Notes under the pieces: model-generated
What the model was told of the DNA's origin: nothing
The model's input: only the letters and a program-made list of their open reading frames with translations
Databases searched by the model: none
NCBI RefSeq assembly: GCF_009914755.1
Contig: NC_060947.1
DNA length: 64,000 nucleotides
Direction: 5' to 3' (one strand)
From: the human T2T-CHM13v2.0 reference genome, Homo sapiens
Made by a program: the position numbers and the translations under genes
Part shown: piece by piece, positions 1 through 14,485 of the stretch
How positions within the stretch are numbered: the stretch's first letter is position 1
Layout: the number at the start of each line of letters is the position of its first letter

Positions 1-262
1 TGAGGAACCTCTATACTGTTTTCCATAATGGCTATGCCAATTTACATTCCAACCAACAGTGTACAAAGGTTCCCTTTTGTCCATATCCTTGCCAACACCT
101 GTGTTCTCTTGTCTTTTTGATAACAGCCATCCTTAACAGGTGTGAGGTGATAGCTTATTGTGGTTTTGACTTGCATTTCCCTGATGATTAGTGATGTTGA
201 GCACCTTTTCCTGTACCTATTAGCTATCTGCATGTCTTTTTTGGAGAAATGTCAATTCAGGT
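1..262 (-). mobile_element. LINE-1 ORF2 3' fragment (older L1M/L1PB type), runs off window edge
   Basis: Minus-strand translation [25 protein letters not shown]...[10 protein letters not shown] resembles the L1 ORF2p C-terminal region. Confidence 0.85.
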
Positions 263-779
263 GTAAAGGTATTCCTTTTGTTCATCAAAGGTAGGATATT
301 CCAAGTGTGAAAATAACACAATGGTCAATTAGTGAGTATACTGTGGAAATCGGTTTTCTATTACAGTTATCTCTTATCTGTGACATGCCCATTTGTTTCT
401 AACATAGGATTGTCATTGGTCCACAATCACTGAAGCAACAGATCATTAGATTAGACTTCTCAAACTTTTCAACTGACGTACATCATAGGCAAAATAAATT
501 AAAGGTGTGAAATGAGTAGGAATTGAGAGTTGCCGTAAGTGGCCCATCACAAATGGCAAATTTCATAATGCTTTATTTTTGTGAATTTTACATTCTACAC
601 TATAACATACCTATATTTGTTTCAATATCAAATTTATGCTCTCAGTTTTAATTCTGGAAAACTGACATTCGAAGAAGAGACATCATGTTTACCCTGTGGC
701 TTCATTTATCCTCTAGCACACCACCACATAGCTATAGTTTCCAATATGTTTAGATAAATGCTTCTTTCTTTCCTAATAT

Positions 780-1460
780 GTCTAATATTCTCATACTTTC
801 TTTTATTTAGCCATGATTTCCTTCAGTTCTTTGAAGAGGTTTACAACAACTGATTTAAAGTTTCATCTAGTAAGCACATCTAGGCTTCCTCAGTGACAGT
901 TCTTATTGATTGCTTACGTCCCTGAATTAAGTGCCATAGTTTACTGTTGGTTGTATTTTAATTTTTTTGGTTGAAAACTAGACATTTTAAACAATATAAA
1001 GTGGAAAGTTTGGAAATCAGATCACTTCTCCCCTAAGGTTTGTTGTTACTGTTTGTTTAGTGACTTTCCTGGACTAGTTCTGTAAAGCCTATATTCCCTG
1101 TCATGTGTGTCCATTGAAGTATCTGTTCAGCTACCTAGTGGTCAGCTAATGATCGACATATTTTCTAAAATGTTTTGAACCAAGAGATCTTTCATCCTTT
1201 GCCAAAGGGCCCTGTGTTGGGTATGCCTTCAATGCTCTGAGAGTTTACAATTCTGCCATAGCCTTCACTTCCTGCTTGCACAGGGTCTAAAAGTCAGCCA
1301 CCTCAGGCAGATACAGTGCTAAACAATTGCTGCTGCTTGTTTTCAACAAATGTCCTGAGGATAGGGCTTTTCCACTGAGTCAGATCAAATAAAGACAAGC
1401 CTGGTGAATGGGGCCTTCCCAAGGAGCTGCCAGACAGGTCAAATAGTGACAAATATCTGG
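780..1460 (-). mobile_element. Degenerate old L1M fragment
   Basis: Antisense L1M-like motifs (ttgaaaactagacattttaaacaat, gtttgtttagtgactttcctggacta); recognised by eye only. Confidence 0.45.
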
Positions 1461-2430
1461 GGATAAGATATTTGAGGAGCTTGCAGGGGGTCTTAATCTA
1501 GAGTCCATTAGGAGGTCCTAGTCTAGAGTCCAAGGATAGATTTCAGGGGTGTTGTGAAGCCGACTTGTACTTTCCCAGCCAATGTTAGTTGAAACTCCTT
1601 GAATATTCTTAAGAAGCTGGCACTATAGGAAGCTTCTATGGAAACCTGATGAAAGATATGAAACTTCTAATCAGAAAAATGCACTTATACAAATCTTTGC
1701 ATGAAATTTCATTATGTCTGCCAACCCCCTAAAATCCATTCTTAGACACTAAATCAAAAATCCATGACTTTAAACATATTAGAAAAAAAATTTTATTTAA
1801 ACATTTTGAAACCTACAATTTAAAACAAAACAGTAGAAAAAGAAGAAAGAAATAGTGCCAAATAATTTTTCAAGCATTCCAATCTTCCATGGGAATGGAA
1901 TCATAGAGTAAAAGATAAGCCTGTGCCATACTTCACTGAAAACCATAAGCACATAGTCCTACCATCTTGAATACAGCTACATATAACCAGGTCAGTCTCT
2001 AACTAACAATAATATCAAATAAATCCACAATGATCTTATGGTTTCAGTTATATGCATAAGAGAAAAAGATACCTTCTTTCAGGTAAAGCACAGGAGGAAG
2101 GGGTACAATGGGACATCTCATTTATTCTCTGCTTTAAAATCACCCTGGAAAAAATTCTAGAAACTTTTTAGATTTGTACTGCCCTGATTCCAAAATTCAC
2201 CCAGTTAGACAGTGTTTATACACTGCTGTAGACACTCAAATCCAATGATTGAAAAAAAAACTTGGAAGTCATAAATTTACACCTCCCCATTCCCATCATT
2301 CTACCATCTCCCAAAAATGGAAAACCAGCAGGACCAGTAAAGAACTTTGCTAGTGATAAACATTGCTAGAATTTACACAGTAAAAATTCTATAATGAAGG
2401 TGCTACCAAGCTTTCAAATATTCAAGATTA

Positions 2431-2822
<392 letters not shown>

Positions 2823-4779
2823 GAGAGAGAGAGATTGACTGATTTTCCTAAATTTATACTTCAAATTTGGGGTGGGAGAGATTGAAGTAAAAAGTGTTTA
2901 AATATAACAATTCTGAGAAAATGAATGGACCTGAGGCCGTGCTGGACTGGTACAAACTATTTAAATTAGTTAAGAGTTAATGAAGGGTTATTATGAGATG
3001 GTGAATATAACTTAATGAAAGTGAAAGAAACCTTAAAGACTAAAGCACTCCTCTTCTGTAAGAACTTATCTGAATTTCTCTAGACTGAGCGGAAATAAAC
3101 AGAAGCAAAGGTTCTATGTGTAGCCCAATGGAGACAGGAATCAGGGCCCGTTAGACCTACATCCATTTTTTTCACTTTAAAATGGGTTTGCTTGTTCTCT
3201 TGCCACAATCAAAACAGAAAAGCCCTGACTTTTTCCCCCAGTTGTGCTCTACACTATGGAGGTGCCTGCCTATTTGAGATGCACGTTGTTTGAAGTCTGT
3301 GAAAAATGAAGTTGAAATCTAAATAGTTCAACCCTGTATAAACAAAATTGCCTCCCACTCCCCTGATGAGGGCATCCACCTTTGTTAAGAAAGATTTACG
3401 GATATTAAAAGTGATCAGGAACCTCTGTGTGGTCTGTACTAAAAACCACTGGATTCCATTTGGCCTCCTATCCCATTATGTGGCAGGAGTCTATGATTAT
3501 TACATAGGGTCAACATCTACCTCTTCAACAACTTTTATTCAAAAATATTGTACTACCACTATTTTAACATCTGGTATTTTTTCTCCTCACTCTAATAGTA
3601 TATAATTCAAATTGCAGATTCGACTATGATAGGAGGGAGAGTTCATTTACTTATAGACATAAACTGACTACATAGAGAACACTGTTAGTGAGCATTACGC
3701 TAGTGTTGTTTTCTGTTTCCTGAGTATACTGATACAATGCTCATGCTTTACAATCTGCCAGAGATTAGTCCCATATTTGGAAAATAATTTTCTTATATTC
3801 TAAAACATATTCTGGGAATAACAGAAGGGAGTTACTAAAATAGAATTTTACAGTGATCACTGAAAAAGAAGTTTAAGTTCTAAACTTATGTCTTAAAGAC
3901 ACATCTTCAGCTAAAATACTGAGAATTTTGCTTGTTTTTTTCTTCAAAGCATAATCATTCCTCAACATAAACTAAAAATATGCTGCTCATTGTAATTCAG
4001 GAAACTATTTTAGAATTTTGTTTCTAAATAACAGTATAAAACCTTTACAAGTTTGCTTATATAGATTGTTTCTTAAGAGTTGTAGCATTCTTAAAGCTCA
4101 TGTGAAGAACCATAAGGAACATTCCCATTAGCCTAATCTATGTTTAAATTAATTTCATAAAGAAGACTGTCATCATTCACAATCTTCCTAAAATTATTAT
4201 AATCCCTAGTACCTAAATTATCTCAGTTAAATTTGCAATATCCAAGTAAAATTTCTTCATTAACTTTAGGAGGAAAGAAAGTGACCAAACCATTTAATTG
4301 TATCATAATTATAGTATTTTTAAACTACATAACTTTGTAGCTAGACAATTTTTCTAACTTCATCTTTGAGACACTGAAGTTCAGAAGAAAAAAGATCACT
4401 GAACATAGAAGGCACTCAGGCAGTGTGACATAACCAATGTTAATCTAACTGACTTAAGCTGAATGCGTACTGAAGAATGAAAGCACTTTGTCTACAGAGC
4501 AGACTACTGCTTGTGTTATTTCCTAGTCTCTTGTCAAGGTTTCATGACATTCACAACATTAAAGGTGCTGGTGAGACATAATTAAACAGACAAAGAGAAA
4601 TTTTACCAAGAAAGAGGCCACTCACAGGCCATTAAAATTTTAAAATTGTCAACTGTTAGACCTTCATTTCCCAATGCTTGTTATAGCTAGTCTCCTTACA
4701 GGTCCCCTTTCTTGCTAGGTTCTCCCCCACTTCAACCTACTTTTGATTGGTACCCACTGACCACTGTATAATGCTCATC

Positions 4780-5130
4780 CTGACCTATGTCTAAGATGTT
4801 TCTCTGCCTAGACTGCTTTTTCCATCTATGAAAGTTCTACCTAGCCTAAATCCTATTTTGTCTGTAAAGCTCTCCTGTACAATCTTAGCCCACATTAGTC
4901 TACCCAAACAATGAGTCCTACAGACATCACTGTCTCCATCACTCATTTAGCTGTTGAATCATATGTGACTTCATTATTTGTTTCATGAATCTTGTCTTTT
5001 CAGTATGACTGCAAGCTTTTTAAGGACATGAAGCATGGTTTATGCCTATTTTATAGATTTCTCACCCATACTCATAAAGGGGTCTAGCATAGTGTTCTAC
5101 CCAGAACAGCTGTATTACTTGTTGAAATGA
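4780..5130 (+). mobile_element. L2 3'-end fragment
   Basis: gactgcaagc...aggac...tctagcatagtg...ttgttgaaatgaa resembles the L2 3' terminus. Confidence 0.5.
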
Positions 5131-5708
5131 AATATTAGAACCAGTCATAATATTAAGAGCAGTACTTGCATAGAATAAGAGATAGGTATTGATGTCAAAC
5201 ACAGTCTTAAGATAATACTGGCAAAAAAGACTTGAGACTTCAACAAATATTCATTTTAAAAGCCTGTAAGCAAAGGGATAATCATAGTAAAAATTCTACT
5301 TTCTTGTTTAGAACTGCAAAGCCACCTCTAAATGGAACAAGTTAGATACTGCTCCAAAACCCAAATTGATGCATTACAATTCAGTGATATTATTTTTAAA
5401 ACGTCTACACCCCAGCTAATGATAGAGAGCCTCATACTGGTTGTACAGAAAACAGGGCAAACAAACAACTTTCAAGACCTGCAACTTGATCATATCTATT
5501 ATTTCACAGATGCCACTGCCACACTTAGATGTAAGTTTTTCATTAGAAACAAGTGTGTATACTGTAAGAAGCAATTTCAAGAAGTGCTTAACTGAAATGG
5601 TTATATAGTCTATATATACACATATAGACTTAACGGCCTTACTTATAATATCCCATTATGCAATTTATCTTCCAATTTTCCATCTCTCTAGAAAACACAT
5701 TTCCTCAG

Positions 5709-5906
5709 AAACCCCATCTCTACTGAAAATTAAAAAAAAAAAATCAGCTGGGCATGGTGGCACACACCTGTAATCACAGCAACTCGGGAGGTTGAGACAG
5801 GAGAATCACTTGAACCCGTGAGGTGGAGCTTTCAGTGAGCCAAGATCACACCACTGCACTCCAGCCTGGGTGACAGAGCAAGACTCCATCTCAAAAAAGT
5901 AAAAAA
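5709..5906 (+). mobile_element. 5'-truncated Alu (mostly right monomer)
   Basis: aaccccatctctact-A linker-right arm-gactccatctcaaaaaa. Confidence 0.9.
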
Positions 5907-5908
5907 TT

Positions 5909-6236
5909 GGGCGAGGCGCGGTGGCTCACGCCTGTAATCCCAGCACTTTGGGAGGCCGAGGCAGGCGGATCACGAGGTCAGGAGATCGAGACCATCCTGG
6001 CTAACACGGTGAAACCCCGTCTCTACTAAAAACAAACAAACAAAAAAGAAATTAGCCGGGCTTGGTGGCGGGCACCTGTGGTCCCAGCTAGCTACTCGGG
6101 AGGCTGAGGCAGGAGAATGGTGTGAACCCGGAGGCAGAGCTTGCAGTGAGCCAAGATCACGCCACTGCACTCCAGCCTGGCCAACAGAGCAAGACTCCGT
6201 CTCGAAAAATAAAATAAAATAAAAAATAAAAAAATT
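5909..6236 (+). mobile_element. AluY/AluSc-like element inserted in the tail of the preceding Alu
   Basis: gatcacgaggtcaggagatcgagaccatcctggctaacacggtg diagnostic segment, many retained CpGs, (AAAAT)n tail. Confidence 0.92.
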
Positions 6237-6359
6237 AAAAAGTTACTTTTGATTTTAATGCCTTTAGTTTATTCATAATTTTCAATAGGTTTGGAAAAAT
6301 AAATACCTCGAAGCCTAAATTAGGCTCTCTTGTAAAAAGGAGCTATGCACCTCTGGTAC

Positions 6360-6671
<312 letters not shown>

Positions 6672-6865
6672 TAGTAAGTTTATAAGGTTAATTTGTGAAG
6701 GATTCCCAAAATTCCTAGAAGAAATGAGTTGCTTTAGGTAAAGCCACTATTATGTGCCTTTAAAAATTAAGCTAAGCAGAGTGCTTATAGTTAACATTAC
6801 TATACACTTAAACATTTACTAACAGGGTAAAAATCTCATCTTTTTTACCACCATAAAAAATAAGT

Positions 6866-7173
6866 GGCTGGGCACGGTGGCTCACACTTGTAAGCCCAGC
6901 ACTTCAGTAGGCAGAGGCGGGCAGATCACCTGAGGTCAGGTGTTCAAGACCAGCCTGGCAAACATGGTGAAACCCCGTCTCTACAAAAATACAAAAATAC
7001 AAAAATTAGCTGGGCATGATGGCAGGTGCCTGTAATTCCAGCTACTTGGGAGGCTGAGGCGGGAGAAATCACTTGAACCCGGGAGGCGGAGGTTGCAGTG
7101 AGCCGAAATCATACCATTGCACTCTAGCCTGGGTGATGGAGCAAGATTCTGTCTCCAAAAAAAAAAAAAAAAA
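6866..7173 (+). mobile_element. Alu (AluS-type)
   Basis: ggctgggcacggtggctcac start, both arms, poly(A) 7157-7173. Confidence 0.95.
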
Positions 7174-7692
7174 GTAAACTACCATCAGCCTACATGTATA
7201 TGATAAAAGATAAACTGATAAACAAAAAATGGCTGACACTCCAGTTATCTGTGAGAATGTAATTTACAAATTAAATTGACCATAGTAGGTCCTTCTAAGA
7301 TAAAGTACAAAAGAGATAGGTATGTACCTTTGTATGACTGTATTCTGCAGCCAGTCAGAAATTATACCTGGGTCTATCATTTAATAGTGCCTGTTCCATA
7401 ATCTTTGTTATAGATAATAACTGTGAGCAAACTACATGAAACAAACTTCACACATCTAAGTAGAGGCTATTAATATAAATATACAGGCCTAAAAAGAAGA
7501 TATGTCTGAATACCTGAGGATTTATAGCTATGTGCATAGACAAGTCAAGAAAAATAAGTAAGGATAATTACAGGAGAGTGGCTACATTTATGCTGTTTTG
7601 GGTAAAGCTACTTGTCCCATAGCTTCCAGAGTTATGTAGAGGCCTCATTCTGAAGACACTGTACAAATGGTTTTCAATATGGTCTCTTATAA

Positions 7693-8086
<394 letters not shown>

Positions 8087-8717
8087 AGAATAATTATTTT
8101 TTAACAAGAATGCTGTGGCCATTGATTCTAAAGGAGGGACATCTAAGTTTTTATGATGTAAAACATAAAAAGCACTCCTGCTCCAGATCAGGTGCTCAAT
8201 CTCCCTTTTCTGCCCTGAATCCATGCTTCACTTAACTTGAATACAATTCATTTTACTCCCTCCCTGATTCCTATATGCCCTCTGTCCCTGCCTCGAACCA
8301 CATGTGACTCTCTTTCTCCACACAGCCAATGCCTACAATGTGGGAGAGTCAATTCCCACAAAAATTGCCAGACAGGACAATAGTTGGAGGAGTTTGTGGA
8401 GTAAAGTATACCACAAACCACATATCACCCACCTCATTAGTGTCGGAAAAATAGAATATTATTCCTTTTTGTTCTTGTGAGGGTTTTTTGAATGGACAAG
8501 TAGAAGAGTGTGGGGGTAGATGGATCTGTGAACTCAAAAAAAATTTTAACTACTGACTTTCTCTGTACCTACTCCTAACATCAAAGAGCTATTCCACAAA
8601 ATCAAGTACCCAGCCAAGCTAGTGGCAAGTTTTTTATTGGCTTGTTTTGTTTTAATGCAAAAGAAGCTGTGGCAAGTTTTTTTTTTAATTTGTTTTTGTC
8701 ATTATCATAGGGAAACT

Positions 8718-8755
8718 CATGAATTGTGTTGAGAACACATGAATTGTGTTGAGAA
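8718..8755. repeat. 20-bp period tandem duplication (catgaattgtgttgagaa x2)
   Basis: Directly visible at 8718-8735 and 8738-8755. Confidence 0.9.
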
Positions 8756-11700
8756 TACCTACTCTAACATGGAAAAAAGGCAAAGACTTCATGAGATTCT
8801 TCTTTATTGAATAAATCACCAATGCCATCTTCTACTTACCATATAAAAAAGGAGGTAAAAAAGCACCCGTCAATCTAAACACTTCACTTTTGTTCAAAAT
8901 CAGCACAAAGTGTTTGCCTTGCTACAATGAATTATGTACTGAGGCCCAAGTTTTACCAGCTATATAATTTATTTGCACCCCAAACCACCTAAACCTAACC
9001 GTGTGGTTGCTAGGCTACTATAAGCGATAATGATATCACAGAAAAGAAACACACTAATGTAACTAGTACATAAGCATTTATTTGAGGCAGATACAGTGCT
9101 GTGGGACCCCTAGGCTAACAGCATCAAAACCAATTTTTCAGAGACTCCATTCCATAGGAATTACTCAAAGATCCACTAACACCTGAAGCAAAGCAGAGAA
9201 TCTGTTACCACCTTGCAGCAATCCAAGATCTCACTAGAAAATATGTTACTAAAGTTGTATGTAATATGCTTACAGATCACAGTGAAAGTATATCGAATGG
9301 CAAGGTGAACTATATAGGCTCTTAATTCAATCTCACTACTTTCTATTACTAGAGAACTGGTCAGCATCTTCTGGCAGGATACTGCATAAAACAGTCAACT
9401 GTGCTCTCCCGGCACTGCATGTGGCTTTGGGTAACAATGTGGATTATCTGTAAAATGAAACAGATAGGGAAAAGGCAAGAATCATCAAGACTATCACAGA
9501 CTTTATTGAAAAAAACTAGTATTAGTAGGTCTTTACTCAAGCAGAACTTTTCACTTTTGCCCATCCACTGAAGATCGCAAAGATCCTAAAGCAATATGGC
9601 TGATCCCATCAGTTCATAACATCCATCCTTCATCATTGAGCAAAGCCACAAAACAGATCCAGCTTGATTCAATCTATTTTACTTTCTAAGCTTTAGGACA
9701 CACAACCTAGAATCTTGTACCAAAGGCACTTCTAGTCCTTCAAAAATTTCCCTTTAGTTCTGAAATTATGAATTCCTGAGATGGCCTGCCACGAGGCTTT
9801 ATCTTGCTCAAGGCTGTACTATGATATACACATAAGGAAATAAAAGGATCACTGCCTGCTTTACAAATTGATAAGCCTGAAGACTAAGAAAATGTAAAAA
9901 CCTACATTAAAGAAACCCAAAATTCTGCCAGGTATTTTTACTAGCAGTACAAAGCTGAAAACTATCACTGATATCTACTTATCTGAGCCATTCAAAGTCA
10001 CAAAGTGGGGGAGTGATCCCAAGGGGCCAACTAAAACATCACAATAGCTCTGTTGCTGCTCTGTGGTTCTGGTAATTCAAAAAGAAATAACATTTGATAA
10101 CTGCCAACACTTGGAACTACACATAGTAAGAAATCTGATTTCACCTGCCCAACCATTTGTTTCTTCCCATATTCCCCCCATGTTTTTTAATGGCACCACC
10201 ATCCTCATGGTTCCCCAGGCTTATGAACTCTGAATCATGTTCAAAGCCTCTCTTCTTTTACTTCTGCCAAGCAACCAGAATTTGTTTTTTTTTTTCCTGC
10301 AGTGCCTCTCCATGCACATGTAGTCACCTAATCACAGGTCCTCATCCAAAAGCTATTCCAGCTATCTTTATATTTGATACAAATTCTATAAACCGATGTG
10401 TCCTCTCATCCTTTCTCCCAAATTAGATACAGCTGGGAATAGGTGAAGAGGGAAAGGGGAGGAGAGTTCTTATGCCTGTGATCAAATTTCATAGCCATTT
10501 CAACAGAGCTGTTTAACAAACTTTTTCTGAGCACAAGAATAGCTAGGCACAGAGCCAAGAAAAGAAGAGGCAATGATGGAAGCCAAAAACAGGTGAGCTA
10601 CAATCTTTCCACTCCTACACAAAACCTGGCCCTAGAGTATGAACCCTTGCATATGCTGATAACTTCTTCCAATTCTCAATTTTGCAACATTCCTATATTC
10701 ACAAACTCTGCCCCTGGGGTGGCTTTCCCACTTTCCAATGCCAGTTTTCCTACTGCCCTCATAACCTTAAGCCTAGTTAGTCTCCCCTATCTTGAGACTC
10801 TTCTCCCAATTCATCTGATACTCTAGAGGACTCTTCTGCAAATCCTGTTCTCTTCCTAATACAAGAAACTATAAGCAGATACAAGATCTCTTATCCAGCC
10901 TCCCCAGAGGATTCTCAACACAAAGGCCACTTTTAATTTCCTTGAAGTTTTATGATCTTAGAGACCAGAGCAAGGGGAGTGATATGAAGAATGCTGAGAG
11001 TGCAAGTTGCTGACTGAAGACAGCTGCTGGGAATCCCCAAGTACTGTGGCAAGGGGTGTGGTGGTGACAGCAACGGGTTTAAGAACAACCAAGTAAGACT
11101 TCAAGATCTACTGGTCAAACAGACTCTACCAATAATTTCTGTACCTCCTCCATTTCAAAACTTGGTTCCAGTTATTCCCTCCCTATAGCCTTCTCCCTGA
11201 CCACTCCTTTATTCCATGTCATTTCCATGTGTATGCATTTTATGTGTATTTTATTAATCTACAATCATGTATATATTGCTTTGTAAGTATTTCAAGCAAC
11301 TTTGATAATAGTATCATATCTTGAACAGGACTGTAAGCTCTGTGAGGATAGGACTATTCCTTCTATTTTTCTGGTTTCCAACCATGAAACTCAGGATAAT
11401 GTATATTTTTTACAAAAACAGGGTTTTTTTTTCCAATGACATATAATTTCCACTCAGCTATTCAACACTAACATTTTTAACTTTGAGCAAGTTTCAATGT
11501 CTGAAACATTAAGAGCTGTAGAAAATACACCCACACTTGATACAAAAGATGCCACTTATAGTTGGACTGAACATAAAACATGCTCCACCCAACCAACTAT
11601 ACTATTACACTGTACTTCTTCCTTTGGGTTATTTTCTTTATACTACATAAACTGTGGGTCATTTTTGCTCTTAGCAACACTAACTACAGAAGCTAAACTC

Positions 11701-13848
11701 TAAATAAGCTTACTGTTGGGAATCTACTCTTTCCACCTACACAACCACTGGTTTCCCACACTGTCTCCAGTGTCCTGTGAGCAACTGCCCAATTACTGAT
11801 TGTGGAAAGACAGCTTACACATTGAGGGTCCATTCTTGGCAGATGCTGGGTTTTACTGCTGGTCCTCACTTACTTAGCTTAATTGATTCAGAACAGTATC
11901 AAAAAGAGACATTATTACACAAGTTTGAAAAAGAGACTATTTAACAAAATTTAAATGTAAAAGCCCTGGTCATTGTGCTGCTTTATAAGAGCCAAGCATG
12001 TGTGACATCGAGAGTACATAATAATGCCTATTGAAATCAGGAAAACTTGGGAACTGACTAATCTCATTACACAAGTTTTAGTGTTTCACACATAAATTCT
12101 CAAAAAGTAAAACTGTCTATAAATAGGAAATGCAATTCACTTCAAAAATATAATCCACTACAGCTAAGGTTTTAGTATTTATAACACAAATTTGGTTTCA
12201 AAAAGCATACAGTTTTTAAAAAGACAACAACACACATGTTAGCATGTGCCTGAGAAATACATACTTAGAAAAACAACTCATGCATGGGTTAACAGACCAT
12301 TTTTTACTTTTTCAGTAGTGGTCTTTCTTCCCATTGGACTGAGAGATTTCAGCAGAGATTCCTACTTGGCTGCCACCCGCTAACTGAAACCTGAGTATAG
12401 CACAAACATAATTCATAAGCAAGAAAAATTATGGGCTAAATTATCACTCCCTTTGGCCATATGGGGGAGAAAGCAAAATAAGCATTTTCTTTTTAACTAA
12501 ATATACCTTGTCCCACATACACCTTTATGCATGGATATAAAAACAATTTTGTGATTTATATTTCTCCATCCTTCTAGCTCAGTCACTGATGGCTTTTACA
12601 GAACAACTGACAACTGGGGACATGCCTGCCTTCTTTTCTATCCATAAGATACGACATCAGATTGTCTTCCAATGGGAATCAACATTGTTAAAAAAAAACA
12701 ACCATATTATACCTTCAAAATGACTCAATTGTTCAGACAGTGTTTTGCTTTTATAAGAAAAACTATACATTATGACCAGAGAATGCAAGTTAGTACCGTT
12801 ATGTTAGTGTGGATAAGGAAATCTGTCATGGCCTCATGGCATCATCTGCGATAGACAGATACATCTTCTGGCTATTCTGGTCAATCTTCATCAGAAAACA
12901 TATAACAGAAATATAATGGCTTATATTTAAAATACAAATTTAATATCATTTTAACCTGAGCAGCACTATCAAATCATCTTTTTGATAATGCAATAGGATT
13001 GCCACAGTTCTGTTGAAACAAAATGCCTACTCCCCAACACAACCCAATTCCTCCCAAGCACACTGAAAAACAGCAACTTGACTACGGTGGCAAGACGAGA
13101 AAGAGTTAACTGTTAAAACACCTCTTCAGAGTCTCAAAATCTGCATATGCGGGAGTGGATTTTTTTAAAATACATTTTATTAATTGCAATTTAAAACCAC
13201 ACTTACTGATGTACTTTAATAATAAAGAATCTTCTATGTGCTATGGTCTATACAAAATGTAGTATTACGTTAACTTCAAAGGTGGTAGGATGATTAAAAT
13301 AAAAAGTTCAAGTAACGTGACACGCAGCAGCATTAAAGATATAAGACTGAACAATCCCAGTGCCTTAGCAGAATCCTTTCATATTTTTGTTACAGAGGGA
13401 AAGTCTTAAAATGAAATCCAGCAACCATAGGCATAAGTAAAAGCTTTTAAAATCTTTTCACAATACTTTAGTGAAAGAATCATAAGAGCATTTTATGGGA
13501 ACAAAGGGGGCTTTACTTATTAAAATCAATATAATTCACCTTAAGGTATCATATTTGTAATGCTTTTAACTCCTAAAATGTATCCCTTACATTTAACAAT
13601 TTCTGAAAAAGGACCTAAAATCATACCACAGGTTTCCAAGAGTCACCCTCACCCCTCAACTAAAACCATCCCAAGAACCTCAGACTCTTATACTCTCGGC
13701 AGCACTCAATCTCCTGGGTGCTAGGTTAGAATGAACATGCTAAAGCATAGTGACACAGAAGCAGGAAGTTTTATACTGAAAACTGGCCTTGAAAATTGCC
13801 ATTCCATTACAGTCGCTCAAGTACTTATTCAGGTCCTCAATTCTCTCT

Positions 13849-14485
13849 CCAGAGGTTCTCAACGTGTGGCCCTGGGAACTGTAGCATCAGCATCACCAGG
13901 GAACTTGTTAGAAATGCAAATTCACAGTCCCACCCCACACCAACTGAATCAGAAACTCCGGGAATGGGGCCCAACAATTTGTGTTTTAACAAGCACTATA
14001 GATTATGATGTACTCCAAAGTATGAGAACCAGTCCTTCTCAAACTTTAATGTGCGTAAGAATCACCTGAGGAGCTTGTTAAACTGCAGACTCTAATTCAG
14101 CAGGTCTGAGGCGGGGCCTGAGAGCCTATATTTGTAATGATTTCCCAGGTGATGTCTTCTGCAGACCACAATGCAAGAGTTTCTCAAATCGGTTGTTTAC
14201 TGAAATTTAGGGTGCTCATAAAATTCAGATTCCAAGGCACTACCCTAGCCCAAATTATCCAAATCTCAAGAGAAAGATTCAGTAGACTATAACCAGTGGT
14301 TCGCCACCTTGGCTGCACATTAAACTCACCTGGTGAGCTTTTACTAATCCTGATTCCCAGGCCCCATCCAAGACCCCATTCAAGTCCAATTAAATTAGAA
14401 TCTCTGGAGTTGGGGCTCAGGCATCCATATTTTTAATAACTTCCCAGTGATTCCAATGTGCAGCCAAAGTTAAGAATGACTGCTC
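13849..14485. mobile_element. Cluster of 3-4 MER5A/MER5B-like hAT-Charlie MITEs
   Basis: Repeated motifs ggttctcaa, catcaccagggaacttgttagaaatgcaaatt, gaatcacctgaggagcttgttaa, ttccaatgtgcagccaaagttaagaa. Confidence 0.8.
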
